Program-made: the position numbers and the translations under genes | In this document: positions 21,263 to 35,644 of the stretch, piece by piece | Numbering within the stretch: position 1 is the first letter of the stretch | How the letters are laid out: the number at the start of each line of letters is the position of its first letter | The notes under the pieces: model-generated | The model's input: the letters and a program-made list of their open reading frames with translations, nothing else | Database searches by the model: none | Told to the model about the DNA's origin: nothing | From: the human T2T-CHM13v2.0 reference genome, Homo sapiens | NCBI RefSeq assembly: GCF_009914755.1 | Contig: NC_060933.1 | Strand: one strand, 5' to 3' | Length of the DNA stretch: 64,000 bases

Positions 21263-24200
21263 AAACCACTTATTGCAAATTACATGCTTTTTTATACATA
21301 ATACATGCAGAAGAAATGCAACGTGATGCAATATAGCCAAATTTGATTGTGGTGTGAACCATAAAAATTGGAAATGCCTTTTCTTCTTTTCCCATGGTCC
21401 ACCATGAAGCAGTAAGGTTAGGGTACAGAAGCAGGTAATTTGGGTACTTTTAAGGGGATTTGAAGATAGCATATACACTTCCTGTGTTAAGGTAATTCTT
21501 TTTAACTAGTTTGGGACAACTGACTAAACACCAATAACTATTATAAAACTGTAGTGTTTAAAAAATTTCTGAACTTAAATATTCCAGTTACTACACGATT
21601 TAATTTCACTCTCTAATTAGATATATGCTGTGTGTTGAATTCTGTCAGATTTGGAATTTATAGTTTCAGCTGGATTTAAACTAGACTATAGCAGGAAAGA
21701 AAAAGAATTCATTTCTATGCATGTGAGTGGGGGGTTAGTGGAATCTTAATCTTTCTGAATGGGAAAATGTATGCAGTCCTTTCTTTTCATCTCAGCGCCT
21801 TTGAGTGAATTTGCTTTTGTCTAAAATGAAAGGAGAAACAGCTCATTTTTCCATTGTCATAATAGTGCAGTGATTCAGCAAAATGTAACTGATTATCCTG
21901 AACCCACAAGGCTAGAGTTAGAAAGAGTAGCCAAATTGCTACCTCCAGCTACTTCCAACTCAGTCCCATCACTATATCCAGCAGCTCACCTTTCATCTGG
22001 CTCTGGAAATTTGGGGATCATTAAAAATCAGCCAGCTCACTTTTCTCTTAGGATTTTGTGACTCCTGTTTGATTGGTTCATTGTTAATTCTGATTAATAA
22101 GAATTTAAATTCCCAACTTCCAGAAGACTACTTTTCCTTTTAAAAAGATCGTAACTGATTTGCTTTTGGCTTATTCATTTAGATTCAGGGATTCTTCTCC
22201 ATTAAAATAAATAAATTTTGAATATCCCTTATACTAAGATGGGTTGCTGAATGCCCACTTTCTTTCATTACATTCAACTGGCATATTGATACATTCATAT
22301 GGGCAGGAACTCCAAAGGAGAAAAAAGGAGAAAACTTGTCCCAGTCCCTGAAAATATGTCTTTCCCAGCACCTTAGGTTTTAGAAGAATGACTATGAGAA
22401 ATCTCTATTTTGTGCTGACAGATAAATTTAATGATAGTTACTCGATTGTATATATTTGAAAGTGGTTCCTGAATTAACTCTGAAAAATCAGTAGTCCTGG
22501 AGTTGGAGAGCTAAGGAAGGATGTTTTCAGAATTCTAAACATTTCTCTTTAATTTGAGTAGAATGCAGAGGAGATGATTTGCTACTCCACAGCAATTTCA
22601 GAAAAGTATTTTTCATTTCTAACAGAACCCTACCAGAGGTCATTTCCCAAAGAGCCAACCATGCTTGCTGGTATTCCATTGGCTACTTTAGCAGGGTAGA
22701 GGGAAGTTAAAAAAAAAAAATTATCCAATGGAACTCCATCTGCTCTGACCTCTCAAGGAGAGTATATTCCTTCAATGGAATTTGAGTTGTGATCTTACTT
22801 CCTATATGCTGTTGTCAAATCCAAAGGGGCTGAAATAGATCTGAGCTTTTGCAAACTTGACCCTGTCTCCAGAGCTGTGGGACTTGGAGTCTACAGGTTC
22901 CCAGATCCCTAAGGCACCCTTTATAGCTTCAGATGCATTTCACATATATAATGAGAAAATACCTGCTATTTGCACAGTGACTACATATCCCCCCCCTAAA
23001 ATAATCAACACACAGGGTCTGATAATTCTGGAGACTATGAAATAGAAGATTTGAAAATAGAGTTGTCTCAGAAATTCCAGGATAGTGGTCAGAGTTGTTA
23101 TGTGCTAGGCAATGAACTGGATCTTTTTATATAAGCTATCACCTCAAATCCTTAGAACAAGTATATAAAATAGGTTGGATTATATAACTCACAAGAGAAC
23201 TGAACTCGTACTGAGAGTGATATATTCAAGCCATCACATCCAGGTTGAGTTGTTGGTTGCACCACAATGTCATGCTGCCTCTTTTGTGGTTTAGGGTTCC
23301 ACATCACATAGATTCTTGGTATAAATAATGATGTTCCAGGGTAAGAAGTGGCCAGGGAAGTGAACATGTGGATCAAAAACTGAGATGCAGCACTATGGTC
23401 TCGCTGGTCTTAAGTGTGACATTTCCAGAGGGGTAAATATACCTTTAGCAATTGTAAAGTTTATGGTAGAACTGGGGGTCATGTCATGGCTCTATTTGTT
23501 CTGTGACAGAGTAAAAATTATATTTTCTTAGCAGAAGAAATTTACTATTTCATCCAAATATTTTGTGCTATGGCTTTTTCCGCTGGGAAAGAATCTTACA
23601 TTAACAACCTTTAGTTTCTCAAGCTGATCTGAAAATTCGCTGCCTTGTCCATGCATTTGAGATACTTTTGAGAGACAGAATTTTAGAGTTACTTTACAGA
23701 TGATGCTTTTGCTTAAACTCTGCTTTTGATCAATTCTCTCCAGGCTCTACCCTAAAGAGACCCAATTTAGACAGATAGAAATGGCAGTAGAGAACCAGGA
23801 AGGAAAAAGGGTTATATTTGTTAATATTATCAGTTGAGGATGTCTTTAACAGACTTTGAAAGCAGGATATCGATAGCACTGTCAAAGAAGTTTCAAATTA
23901 ATATAAAGTAATAAGTTTTGAGAGGTAACCAGGTAAGAGCCAAAGAATGACACAAGCCCTGCTAACTTGGAAATCTGAGATGCATAAACAATTGTGATGG
24001 GAGGAGAATTGTTTGGGGACATAGATAAATCCCTCTTCACCTTTCCTTTTCCATCCTCTCTAACGTTGACACACAAATGCAGCCAGCACACTATTGCTGT
24101 TGGAATATTGACTTCAGATAACATATCCAGACATGTAAACAAGAGTTTAATTGTGTGTAGAATTTTGTTTAAATTATGGACCATATCTGGAATTTAAAAC

Positions 24201-25704
24201 TCTTTAAATATAAATTTCCAGAAAAATTTTCGGAGGTACACGTGTGAGTTCCAGCCATCATAGTAGAATAGCTACTTTGTGGTGACTTACTGAACAGACA
24301 CATTCCAGTAAGATCCACATTTGTACCAGGGCAGAATACCAGCTGCTATCCTGTCTTCTCAACAAAGGACTCTTGTGTTTAAACAAAAACTGTGTACTGT
24401 ATGCCCAGCAGCAGAAGGGAGTCTGAGCAGTGATGTCAAAGTATACCATGATGTCACCACAATTCACAAAGAATTACAGTTAATGCCATGTGAAGTGAGG
24501 CCAAATTCAACACTTTCCCTCTTGGGTACTTCACAGTCTGAGAGACAGAAGCAAGGCCAGAGGTCAGGCCTTTGTATAATTTTGTTTCGCATTCTCCAGA
24601 CACCCTAATTTTGGAAGCAGGGGAGGGAGAAGACAGCCTGCTAAAGAGCAGTCCCTGACCATCTGCTGAGAATGAATTGTAGTGTCTGTATGCACAAATG
24701 TCTATACCAGGATAGTTCTTAGGATTTTTGCTGAAGACTACTAAAGAAACAAATTTCACCAAAAACAATACACAAAAAAATCCAGATGTGTTTAGCAAAA
24801 AATTTATGTAAGAATTTGTCCAAGACCCTGAAGTAAATAAGACGAGAACACAATAAATCAGACTGGGAGCACCTGAAGAGTTTTAATAAACGTTAGAAAT
24901 CAGACTTACTTATTCTCTTTTTCCCTTTCAGAGTGTTTATCCAGCCATTAGATGGTTTAGATTCTTGACTTCAAGAAAGGCAATATAGGAAAAAATTATT
25001 TAAAATGTTTGCCATCTTAGCTCAAATAATAAAGGACAGAAATAGGACTCTTAAAAATTAGCACCTGGCAAAAGTTTATTCCTATGAAACCACGTCCTCC
25101 TCTATAATTTAACCACAGAGGCTGCCGAAGTTCCTACCCTTTGGTGGAGGTGGGAGTGTGTAGGTTGGATGCAGAAAGAGTGTGGCTTTGCCCCAGCCAG
25201 ACCACCAGCCAAAGGGTCGGAGCTCACAAAAGGTAAAGGGAAGAGCCAGGCCAGGGGGTTGCCCAAGCTGAAGTCTATTAGGAAGAGCCAGGAATCAGGA
25301 ACTCAGTAGATCAAGTACAAAGTGAATCTACAGATCCAGAGTTGGTGTCAGAGTCAGGGCATGAAGCCTGGGGCACTGTGCCTAGCAGGAAAGAAGTCAG
25401 AGGGAGGTACACTTGGAAATAATGAGCATTTATGCCCCAAGGCAATTCTGGAGTAGTGGGTGAAGGACCAGAGACATAGCAGGCAAGGTGACAAGTGGAA
25501 ATTAAACTCTCAGATTACAGTGTTATAAAATGATTTGTCCTTAGAGATCTTTTTCTTTTAGAGAGTGTTCTTTTGGTCTTTGGAACCAGTGGCAGAGAGT
25601 TTAAATGGTAACAGCTGTTATGTTTTAGCTTGAGACAAAGGGGAAAATTCTTTGAAATCGCAATATATCCCTGTCACTTGTGGTGTTGCCTATAGGCTGA
25701 ATCC

Positions 25705-27460
25705 ATTCATTCATTGAACACATATATTTTAGTTGCTTGCTGTATGCCAGGCACTGTTCTAGGTGGACAGTGAACAGGGCATCCAAATATCATTGAAATA
25801 CGCTTAATAAATATCAATGGAACAGAATAGAGAACCCAGAAATAAGACTGCACACCTACAACTGTCTGGTCTTTGACAAAAACAAGCAATGGGGAAAGGA
25901 TTCCTTATTCAATAAATGGTTCTGGGATAACTGTCTAGCCATATGCAGAAAATTGAAACTGGATCACTTCCTTACACCACATGCAAAAATTAATTCACGA
26001 TGGATTAAAGACTTAAGTGTAAAACCTAAAACTATAAAAATCCTGGAAGACAATGTAGGCAATACCATTCTGGACATAGGAACTGGCAAAGATTTCATGA
26101 TGAAGACGCCAAAACCAACAGAAGCAAAAATTGACAAATGGGATCTAATTAAGCTAACAAACTTCTACACAGCGAAAGAAACTATCATCAGAGTGAACAG
26201 ACAACCTACAGAATTGGAGAAAATATTTGCAAACTATGCATCTGACAAAGGTCTAACATCCAGCATCTATAAGAAATTAAACAAATTTATAAGAAAAAAA
26301 CAATGCCATTAAAAGATGGGTAAAGGACATGAACAGGCACTTCTCAAAAGAAGACATTTATGTGACCAAAGAGCATATGGAAAAAAAGCTCAACATCACT
26401 GATCATTAGAGAAATGCAAACCAAAACCACAATGAGATAGCATTTCACACCAGTCAGAATAGCTATTATTAGAAGGTCAAAAAATAACAGATGCTGGTAA
26501 GGTTGTGGAAAAAAAGGAACACTTATACACTGTTGGTGGGAGTGTAAATTAGTTCAAGCATTGTGGAAGACAACATGGCACTTCCTCAAAGACCTAAAGA
26601 CAGAAATACTATTTGGCCCAGTAATCCCATTCCTGGGTATATACCCAAAGGAATAGAAATTGTTCTGTTATAAAGGCACATGCACATGTATGTTCATTGC
26701 AGCACTGTTCACAATAGCAAAGACATGGAATCAACCTAAATGCCCATCAATGATAGACTGGATAAAGGAAATGTGGTAAAGAAACACCATGGAATATTAT
26801 GCAGCCACAAAAAAGAATGAGATTATGTCCTTTGCAGGGACATGAATGGAGCTGGAGGCCATTATCCTTAACAAACTGACACAAGAACAAAAACAAAAAA
26901 CAAACAAACAAAAACAAATACTGCATGTTATCACTTATAAGTGGGGGTAAATGACAAGAACACATGAAGACAAAAAGGGGAACAACAGACACTGGTGCCT
27001 ACTTAAGGGTGAAGGGTGAGAGGAGGGACAGGATCAGAAAAAAACTATTGGGTACTAGGCTTAGTACCTGGGCAATGAAGTAATCTGTACAATATAGCCC
27101 ACGACACGCATATACCTATGTAACAAAGCTGCACATCATGCACATGTACCCCTGAACTTAAAAGTTAAAAATTAAATATTATGACTGAGGAGAAATACAG
27201 CTTTAAATAGTCTGATCAAAGTAGATCTTATTGAGAAGGTATTAATTTTCTCAAACGAAGACTTCAAAGAGTCAGACAACTGCCGTCGAAGTGCCTGAGA
27301 AAGAGTGTTACAGCCAGAGGTAGCAACTCAGGGCTGTCCTAAGATGAGAAAGTGTTTGTTGTGTTTGAAGAACAGCAAAGAGACTGAGCCAGAGGAAGTG
27401 AGGTCAGAGAGGTCGTTCACATAGATGCTGTAGGACACTGTGGGCTGTTGTAAGGGTCTG
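25705..27460. mobile_element. L2 relic split by an L1 insertion
   Basis: ttcattcattgaaca...tgccaggcactgttctaggtg; resumes after 27180 with L2-like 'tgtttgaagaacagcaaagagac'. Confidence 0.55.
25813..27172 (+). mobile_element. 5'-truncated L1 (L1PA13-16/L1PB-like) 3' end
   Basis: ORF 25953-26312 = ORF2 ([28 protein letters not shown]); 3' end 'gcacatgtacccctgaacttaaaagttaaaa'. Confidence 0.9.
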
Positions 27461-29307
27461 GTGAACCTGCAAGGAAATTTGCTAGTCCTGGCTATGACTG
27501 CTAAACCCCAGAAGAGAGAACGCCAGGTGTGGGGAGGATGTGTATCCTCGTTCTGCGTGTCTCTTCATTGCCATCTAAACCTCAAGGGGAACATGGTATC
27601 TTATAGACTAGAGAGATGCTCATTGATGACACAGTGCTATTCAGCCTAGACTTCAACTCTGGTGACAACAAATCCTAGTAATGCGATTTGCGGCAAGTTG
27701 TGTTATCTTTCTGTTTCAGGTTTATTTTTGTGAAATAGACACAATTGTAGCTAATTTTCAAGGTTATTACAAGAATTGTGTGAGAAGCTATGTATCTAAA
27801 AATAGCAAGTTTTGGCAAACACTAGTTCACATTTCCTTCTGTAAGCAGGTTTCCCTCCTGTCTTTCTCCTCCTCCGTGCCCCTTTGACCTTTAGTTATAC
27901 TGATCTTACTCCCTTTCTACTCTCACCTGTTCTGAGGAAATAATCTGATTAAAACCCCTCACCCTAGATTGAGACCAAGCCTACCACCTATATGTATTCG
28001 TAATAGCACCATAACAGCCAGCGTAATGCCTTATGCTCAGTTGATTTGGTCTAATTTAAGTATAATCAGCAACTTCATGTGTTACTCCTCCCAAGGGTAT
28101 TGGAACAACAAACAGAGGACTACACCAGTGGTTCCCAACTTCTTAACACAAAGGAGCCCTTTATTTTTTTTTTCCTATGGGCCTTGTGTTTTGGAAGTTT
28201 CCATCTACTCAAAACACTGCATGTATTAAGTAATAATTTGTTTTCCCATTTTATAGCTAAAAGACCTGAGTTTGCAATTAAAAAATAAATACAGTAAGGG
28301 TCAGGATTCAGCTTATTTGTATAATGAGATGATTGGTGTTTTGGTGACCTTATGTAGTTTTATTGCAGATAAATATATTTCCATTAGGCTTTTGGAAACA
28401 GTAAACATAGCTCATGGAGCACTGTTACCACCTTTGCGAATTACTGGAGATTCTATTTTCTCATATTGGAAACCTTAGTTGTAAACCAAAAACAAAACAA
28501 AAAACAAACAAACAAAAAAACCAAGTGTGTAAAAGAGGGAATTTTGGTACCCATAACAAACCATGAGAGAGGTATGTATGCCTGCCTGTGTGGCAGGGGG
28601 AGGGGTAGGAGGTGACCGCAGGTGTTGTTGGGGCTGAGCCCCTTCCCCTTCACTTGCTATATGTGCTTCTGAGGCACAGATCACAGATGAAACCATCGTT
28701 CATCCCTGTGCGTAAGTGTAGCTCTAGAGGTAATGATCTTGATTAGAATATTCAAACTTGTTATTACCACTCACTATTGCCATATAAATATTGTATAGTA
28801 TGCCTTTTCATGGTTAATGGGCATCCTACTATAATTTATAGTCAAAAAATCTCAAGGTGGAATTTTGGTTATGTTATTCACCAGCTATGTGACCTTGGGG
28901 AATTTATCTTCTCTGAACCTCAGTGTTATAATCTGAACTTGAAATCATTCAAATCTTAAGTTAAATAATGTCTATGGATAATTGTCTAAAAGGTAGGCAA
29001 CCAATTCCTTTCTCTGGTTCTGAAATGGTAAATGGGTTTAGTTTCCTGATTTGACAACTATAGTCTATTGGATTCGGCTTCTAGAGCCCAGTGTCTTTAC
29101 GAATCTGGAGCCACATAAAACCTCAGTGACAGAGAGTGCTGCTGCTGATTAGTAATATCTACTGTGGTCCTGGTAGGAGGTATAGCTGCACATGTGCCAG
29201 AATTTTGCCAGCCCTGCCCTAAGTACTCCAAAGTCTGCCCTTGGAGTAAATCAGACCATCATAATGCTCTTTACCTGGATGATTTGTTTTGGCTTCTTAA
29301 AAATTGC

Positions 29308-29598
29308 TTTTTTTTTTGGAGACAAAGTCTCGTTCTGTTGCCCAGGCTGGAGTGGAGTGACGCCATCTCGGCTCACTGCAACCTCTGCCTCCCAGGCTCA
29401 AACAATTCTCATTCCTCAGCTTCCTGAGTAGCTGGGGCTACAGGTGTTTGCCACCACACTGGGCTAATTTTATATTTTTAGTAGGGATGGGGTTTTGCCA
29501 TACTGGCCAGGCTGGTCTCAAACTCGTGGCCTCAAGTGATCCGCCTGCCTTGGCCTCCCAAAGTGTTGGGATTACAGGCATAAGCCACCACACCCAGC
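29308..29598 (-). mobile_element. Alu (S/J) with TSD
   Basis: Full dimer; flanks taaaaattgctttt / taaaatttgctttt. Confidence 0.95.
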
Positions 29599-31794
29599 AT
29601 AAAATTTGCTTTTATCAAATGTCCCCTGACCATTAGGCTTCATCAGAGGTTATTAGAGCCACCTCTTTGAAACTGCTTGTATGTATTTGCTCAGATGTTA
29701 TTGGGACATTGTTATATGACATTGTCTTTCAGAAGACTCACAATTAATGTGTATCTATTATTTTGGTACTTTAATTATGGTGCTCCCGAGTGGTTTTTGA
29801 TTTATTCATTTATTACACAAATATTCATTGTCTACTATAAAGAACACATTATTGCATACATTTTCTAAAAGATCCAGTAGATTCTCTGACTCTTACAACT
29901 GCTTATGTGTTCCTATTTTCTAGGAAGCTCAAATCCAGATGTGACCTCCCCCCACCACATCTAGCAACTGTACAGGACGGCATAGTGTGCATTATGTTTA
30001 GTTCTCTCATTTCTAGATTTATCTTTCTTACCTTTGCCTTTTTGCTCCATTCACTCATTTGTTCTTGTGAATTTTATGGTTATTTATATGCTATAAATCT
30101 TTTTATTATTTAATGAAAGGTTAAGCATAAGCAAATTAATGAATATCTAAATCTTTTGAGGATGAGGTTAGAAATGCACTCCCTCCCCTATTTATTAAAA
30201 TAATTAGTAAATAAAGGATAATCCATGTAAACCACACTGTTACCCATAAAGTTCTATCTAAATTAAGTAAATATAAATAAGAACAGCTATGGTCAGATTT
30301 GCACAGTTTAGTTTTCCATATTTGTCTTTCCCAGTGCTGAAAATAGAAAGCTTTAAAAGTTTCTTACCTCATGATGTTGGATCAAGAAAAGCTTGACATC
30401 ACTGGCTCAGTATTTGATGCTAGATTGAGTTCCTTATGGGAAACCATTTGAAATGAAGCCATTGTGAACCCATCCTAAGAATGTCAGTCTGAGGCATGAT
30501 ATCTGCTTATGGATTATGTTTATTTATGTTCTCCAAATTATTAGCATGGTGATCTTTCTTTCTCCTGTGGCTACTAATGAAGACATTTTATTAAACATAT
30601 TTCAGTGTCTAGAGAATTTCAGTCTTGCATACTGCCTGTTCTCTTGCTATCAGCTCTGTAAAGTGAAGGAAGAAACCCCTACTGCAGGCCTGATGCCTAA
30701 AATCTGCACGACATACTAAGTCTCTGAGCCAACTTGGATTGGATGCTATGATCCTAGTTTATTTTTTTTTTTGGCAGGGGGGAGGGGGCTGGGTCGGGGG
30801 GCAGTTCTCTCCCTCCCTTTAGTAAATCTGAAAGAAGAATAAAGAAAAATCATCAGTGTTAAGTGTGCTTGCTCAACTCAAAAATAAGACAAGTGGCTGC
30901 GTATCTTTGTACACATATATGTATATAAGAGAGGGTACAAAAAGCATACATTTAAGATATGAAAGCAGAAATTGATAACCCACTAGTGGTATCTAAACAA
31001 TGAAAACACTATTAATTTGGTAAGTTTCAGGGTGCTATTTTGCCTTTCTTTAAATTTTTCTTGGAGCTTCTTACTTTTTTGTTACCTGAGATTAAAATAT
31101 TGCAAAATAAGCAACACTGTGCAGTGATTCTGGATGAGGATGAGGTCAGACCACTGCATCCAGCTGACACCTCATAGTGGAGTACTAATAAACTGTATTA
31201 GACCAAAATATTCAGTTTTCCACTGTTTGCAAAAAAATTTCATGCAGTTGCCAAAGTTATGAGTGGTCATTATCTCACTTAAATGTTTTGTCCAGAATGG
31301 GGTGGGTCTGGGAACTCAGTGACCTAAACATTGCCTTCCATGACATTTCTCTAATAATTAACATCGGTGTACTTGGGAAATAGTCTCTAAAAAATAATAG
31401 CCCTTTACAGCAATTCTTGTTGATGCATCAGGGCAGAGGTTTAGGTTTAGCCTCTTGCTGTCATTTATGGTATGTCTGTTTCTTTGTGTGCACAGTTAAA
31501 AACACATGTACATATACATACCTACACACATGCATGCACACATTTTTGCAGACTCGTATGTCAATGGCTGCAGTCTAAGGTCGCCTATCTGTAAACTACA
31601 TTGAAACTATTAGCAAACCATTATGTGTTTCATCGATTCAGCAGCGTTTATTGTGCATCTCAAATGTCTGATACTGGGCTGAGCAGCAGAAATATCAAGA
31701 TTAGTAAAACACAGGTTCTCGGGTAGCCCAGGATGTTGTGTGGAGATAGACATGTTAATAAACTCAATGTAAGTTATATAATAATTTGAATTGG

Positions 31795-32180
31795 GTATAC
31801 ATGAAAAAAAAAACAAAATAATAGTGGCTTAGACACATAAAAGATTTATTCTCTCACAAAAAAAAAAAAAAGATGCAATCCGTCCAAGTGCGGTTCAGGA
31901 AACAGGATCTTTCTCTCTTTCTGCTCTGCCATTCTGAGTACAAGGCTTCCATTCTCAAGATTGTCTCATTTCCAAGATGGCTGCTAGAGCCAGCAGGAAG
32001 GTAGGAAGGCAGAGGGCAGAAAAGGCATTCCCCAGCCAAGTCAGCTTCTTTTAAGTAGCCTTCCCAGAAGCCTCACTTCTACTTTTATTTCAGTAATTAT
32101 GATTTTTTCTCATGACCAATGAGAAATGTATTCTTTTAACTGCATATAATGCTAACCCAGATAAAATTGGGGTCCAGTAC
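31795..32180. mobile_element. Old ERVL/MaLR-type LTR relic (LTR33-like)
   Basis: 'atagtggcttagaca...atttattctctcac' and 'ccaagatggctgctagagccagc' motifs. Confidence 0.45.
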
Positions 32181-34830
32181 AAGAAAAATAAGAGAAGATG
32201 GATATTTGATGACAACCAGAAACCTCTGCCACATGGAGGTATGAAGAAACGGCTATGGAAACATACAGCAATAAGGCAGTTACCTCTGGAATCTGGACAG
32301 GCTTTCTTGAGCAGACGCCTGATTTGGGATTTGAAGGATGAGTAGGAGTTTGCCAAATAAAGAATAGGGAAAGAGTATTCTAGGCAAAAAATAATAGCAT
32401 GTGCACAGAGGGCCAATTAAGCCCATTTTTGTATTTCTGTTTATTTTTCTCTCTGTTATTAATAGTAGGTCTTAAAGTAACAACTAATTTTAATTAATCT
32501 AATAGTTACTCAAAATCAACAGATTAAGATATGTCAAGTATGATTATCCTGATATCCCTGCAAACAATTTTCCACTTGGACCAAAGTAAGAACATTTTAT
32601 CTGATATAAAGTATTCCACATTTTAAAAATAATTGAGTTAGAAGATTTTGGCATCTTGAAGAGGAATTGATAACAGAGAAAAGGAAGAAAAAAAAAACAA
32701 TTGTGTCAGGGAGATGTTAGTCTTTTAAATTCTGAAGCTAAACAAAGCCCATTTAAAACTGACTTGGTTCATATCCTGGGGTCCGTAAACCCACACTGAT
32801 AGCACTAAGTCAGGCGTCTAGCCAAGCTACTCTTAAAGTATGTCACCTCCTATTTAGCTATTCCTAATATTACCGTTGCTTTGGATCTGTGAAGCTGAAT
32901 TGTTCTTTACTTAAAATGGTTTTGGAACCGTAAGAAATCTTTAGACTTAGAGAGAGATTTTCATGATTATCTCCTTTGGCTCCATTAGAGGCATCAGAGT
33001 CCGTTAAAAATTTTCCAGAGAAACTTAAATCCTTTGAGAAACCTGAAATTCCTATAGTTTAAGGAGTAAACCCAGTTAGATTTGGACGCCTGAGAGTGGA
33101 AATTCCTGTGCCCAATGCCTGCGCTGTCCTTCCACATGGTCAAGGATCTTGTCAGATTAAGTCCTCTTCAATCCCAAAAACCACAACAATAGTAGAGTCA
33201 ATAATGCTTTGAATGTTGCCTAAATTAAAACTGTCATGCTTTCTCAAAGGATTTGGTCCCTCCAAGGCAATTAGGTTATCAGTTTTCTGATTTTTTTTTT
33301 TTTTTTTTTTTTTGGCCAACTTGGTTTTTTGCTTCCTCTCCAATTAGTTAGTATCCAGGCATTTCTAAAGGACATGGTGAACCTCATGTGACACCTCCCT
33401 TCCATTGTTAACTCTGACTCTTCATTCACATCTCAGCTCAAAAAAGTCTCTCCCTAAGAGAAATCTTCTCTTGCCTCCCTAATCAAATTGAATTCTTCAT
33501 ATTTTATGCTCTCAGAGTGTCATGTGTCTGTGTTTTATACCTTTTTTCATGATTATCATTTTACACTTATTGCGTGTGATGATTTGGGCACTATCTCCCT
33601 CTGCCACTAGATTGTAAAGTCTCATGAGAGTGGACCCATAGATGCTGAAATTCACCATTGAATGTTGCTCCTAGCACAGTGGCTGGCCCATAGCAGGTCC
33701 TCAATAAATATTACCTAACCGGTTAAATGAATTCTTTTATAAATAAAATACTTCTGTAATCCTATTTCACACTGTACTCAGAATATAACAGTGAATACAG
33801 AACTGATCAGCTCATGGGCGGGCCCATCTACAGATATGAATTTTGAAAATAATTTTACTGCAGTTATGTAGAAATACACCAAAGAAGTCTTAAGCCAGCA
33901 CATGTTTGGCACTGCAGGGATGAAATTCGGTTGCTTTCTGAAGTGGCCTCACTGCAGCCTCTGAATAGATTGAGGCAAACTGCTCCTCAGCTACACTGAA
34001 CCCATAGGGATAGAGCCCGTCTGCCTTTGTCCCTGACTTTAGAACTCAGCACCATGTTTTCCTGACATCTTTGCATTTAAAAAAAATGTACAGTTATTGA
34101 AGGGGTTGTTGCTGTTCATCTATTTTTAAAAGACGTTCATTTGCTATTAATGAAAAAACATACATTACCACATTTTAAAAATAGAGTACATATATAACAC
34201 AATGTTAAATAATTATGTTTTTAAACCTTCATCTAAACATGTGTTTGCAATTATTATTAATAAGAGGAATAAAAAAGAAAATCAAGCCTCAATCCTCTGG
34301 TCATATTAACAACCAGATTTTTGAAAGGCAAGACGAACTGTGAGGACTTTATGAAGAGAAGCCATAAGTCCCTTCAGTTGTCACTACCATTATTTTATTT
34401 TGTCAAAGAGAGTAATTGAAATAGTTTGGGAGTAGAATAAATCTTTCCATATTTGATCTAACTAGAACTGTAAGCCATACAACCTGGCATAGTTTGGATT
34501 TGAATTTCTAAGACTCAGATATTAGAAAGTAAAGAGGAAAGACACAAATGGCATTGCCCACATACTTTATAAAAGCCTGTGATGTTGTTAAGCCTGATTT
34601 GGACCGGGCATAAATGTTTCACGAGGAGTCTTTAGAACTCAGCTGCTTATTAGCTAAGTGACCTTGGGTAAGACTCATGGCCTCAACTATAGAATGGAGA
34701 TATCTTACTTGCATGGCTCTTTTGAGAATGAATGAGATATTTGTACTGTGCCTGATACAGGACAGGGTAAGGCAAATGACAGGGTCTTAGTGGTATTCAT
34801 CCCTGCTGCCCTTCATGCAACCGTCCTCTT

Positions 34831-34831
<1 letters not shown>

Positions 34832-34875
<44 letters not shown>
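34832..34875. repeat. (CA)22 microsatellite
   Basis: Perfect 44-nt CA run. Confidence 0.98.
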
Positions 34876-34879
<4 letters not shown>

Positions 34880-35517
34880 GTTTGTATCTGTTTGCTGATT
34901 CTCTCCTCTTTTTTAAGCTGGAGTACTAGCTAGAAAAGGAAGTATTTTCATTATTACTCAGCAAATATTTTTTGAGGGCCTACAATTGACCAAGCACTGT
35001 TCTCACTGCTTGGAATACATTAATTAACCCAATATACAAATCGCCCACCCTTACGCAGCATACGTTCTAACGAACCATGTGGAACATGGAGATCATTTAT
35101 AAAATGTTTCCTGCTACCATTACCTCTTGGTTGTAGTTTTTGTCATTTGAGTGCATCATAATTATTAACATAGGAGTTATTCTTGAATTAAGGCCCTAAA
35201 ACATCAATAATTCAGGATCTTCTCATCTCTCTTACTTTCTCCCCATCATTCCCTACCCTGCTCCCTATTCTCTCTCATTCTCTTTCTTTTACCCTTCTTT
35301 CTATTTGTATATCTGAACTTTGAAAACATCTTTACCCATGCTACCTTTTTTTCTTTCTTAGCTTGATTTAAATTCCAGTTGAATTCAGTCCCCTTCACGG
35401 GGTATGTTTTAGGCCCCTCAGGGATGAAGGGAGGGTTATTTCATGGTGATTGGCCTCATAATGGATTTTGCCATCGGTAGGTGCTTGGTTGAATTACACA
35501 TCTCTCTTTCTTGTTAG

Positions 35518-35644
35518 ATTGTTGGCTGCGATCACCAGCTGGGAAGCACCGTCAAGGAAGATAACTGTGGGGTCTGCAACGGAGATGGGTCCACCTGCCG
35601 GCTGGTCCGAGGGCAGTATAAATCCCAGCTCTCCGCAACCAAAT
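35518..35644 (+). CDS. ADAMTSL1: ADAMTSL1 internal coding exon (probably exon 5), 127 nt, phase 0-1; Cys-rich module
   Basis: Acceptor tctctctttcttgttag|ATT, donor AAAT|gtaaga; encodes [42 protein letters not shown], containing the ADAMTS-family DxCGVCxGDGSTC motif. Confidence 0.97.
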
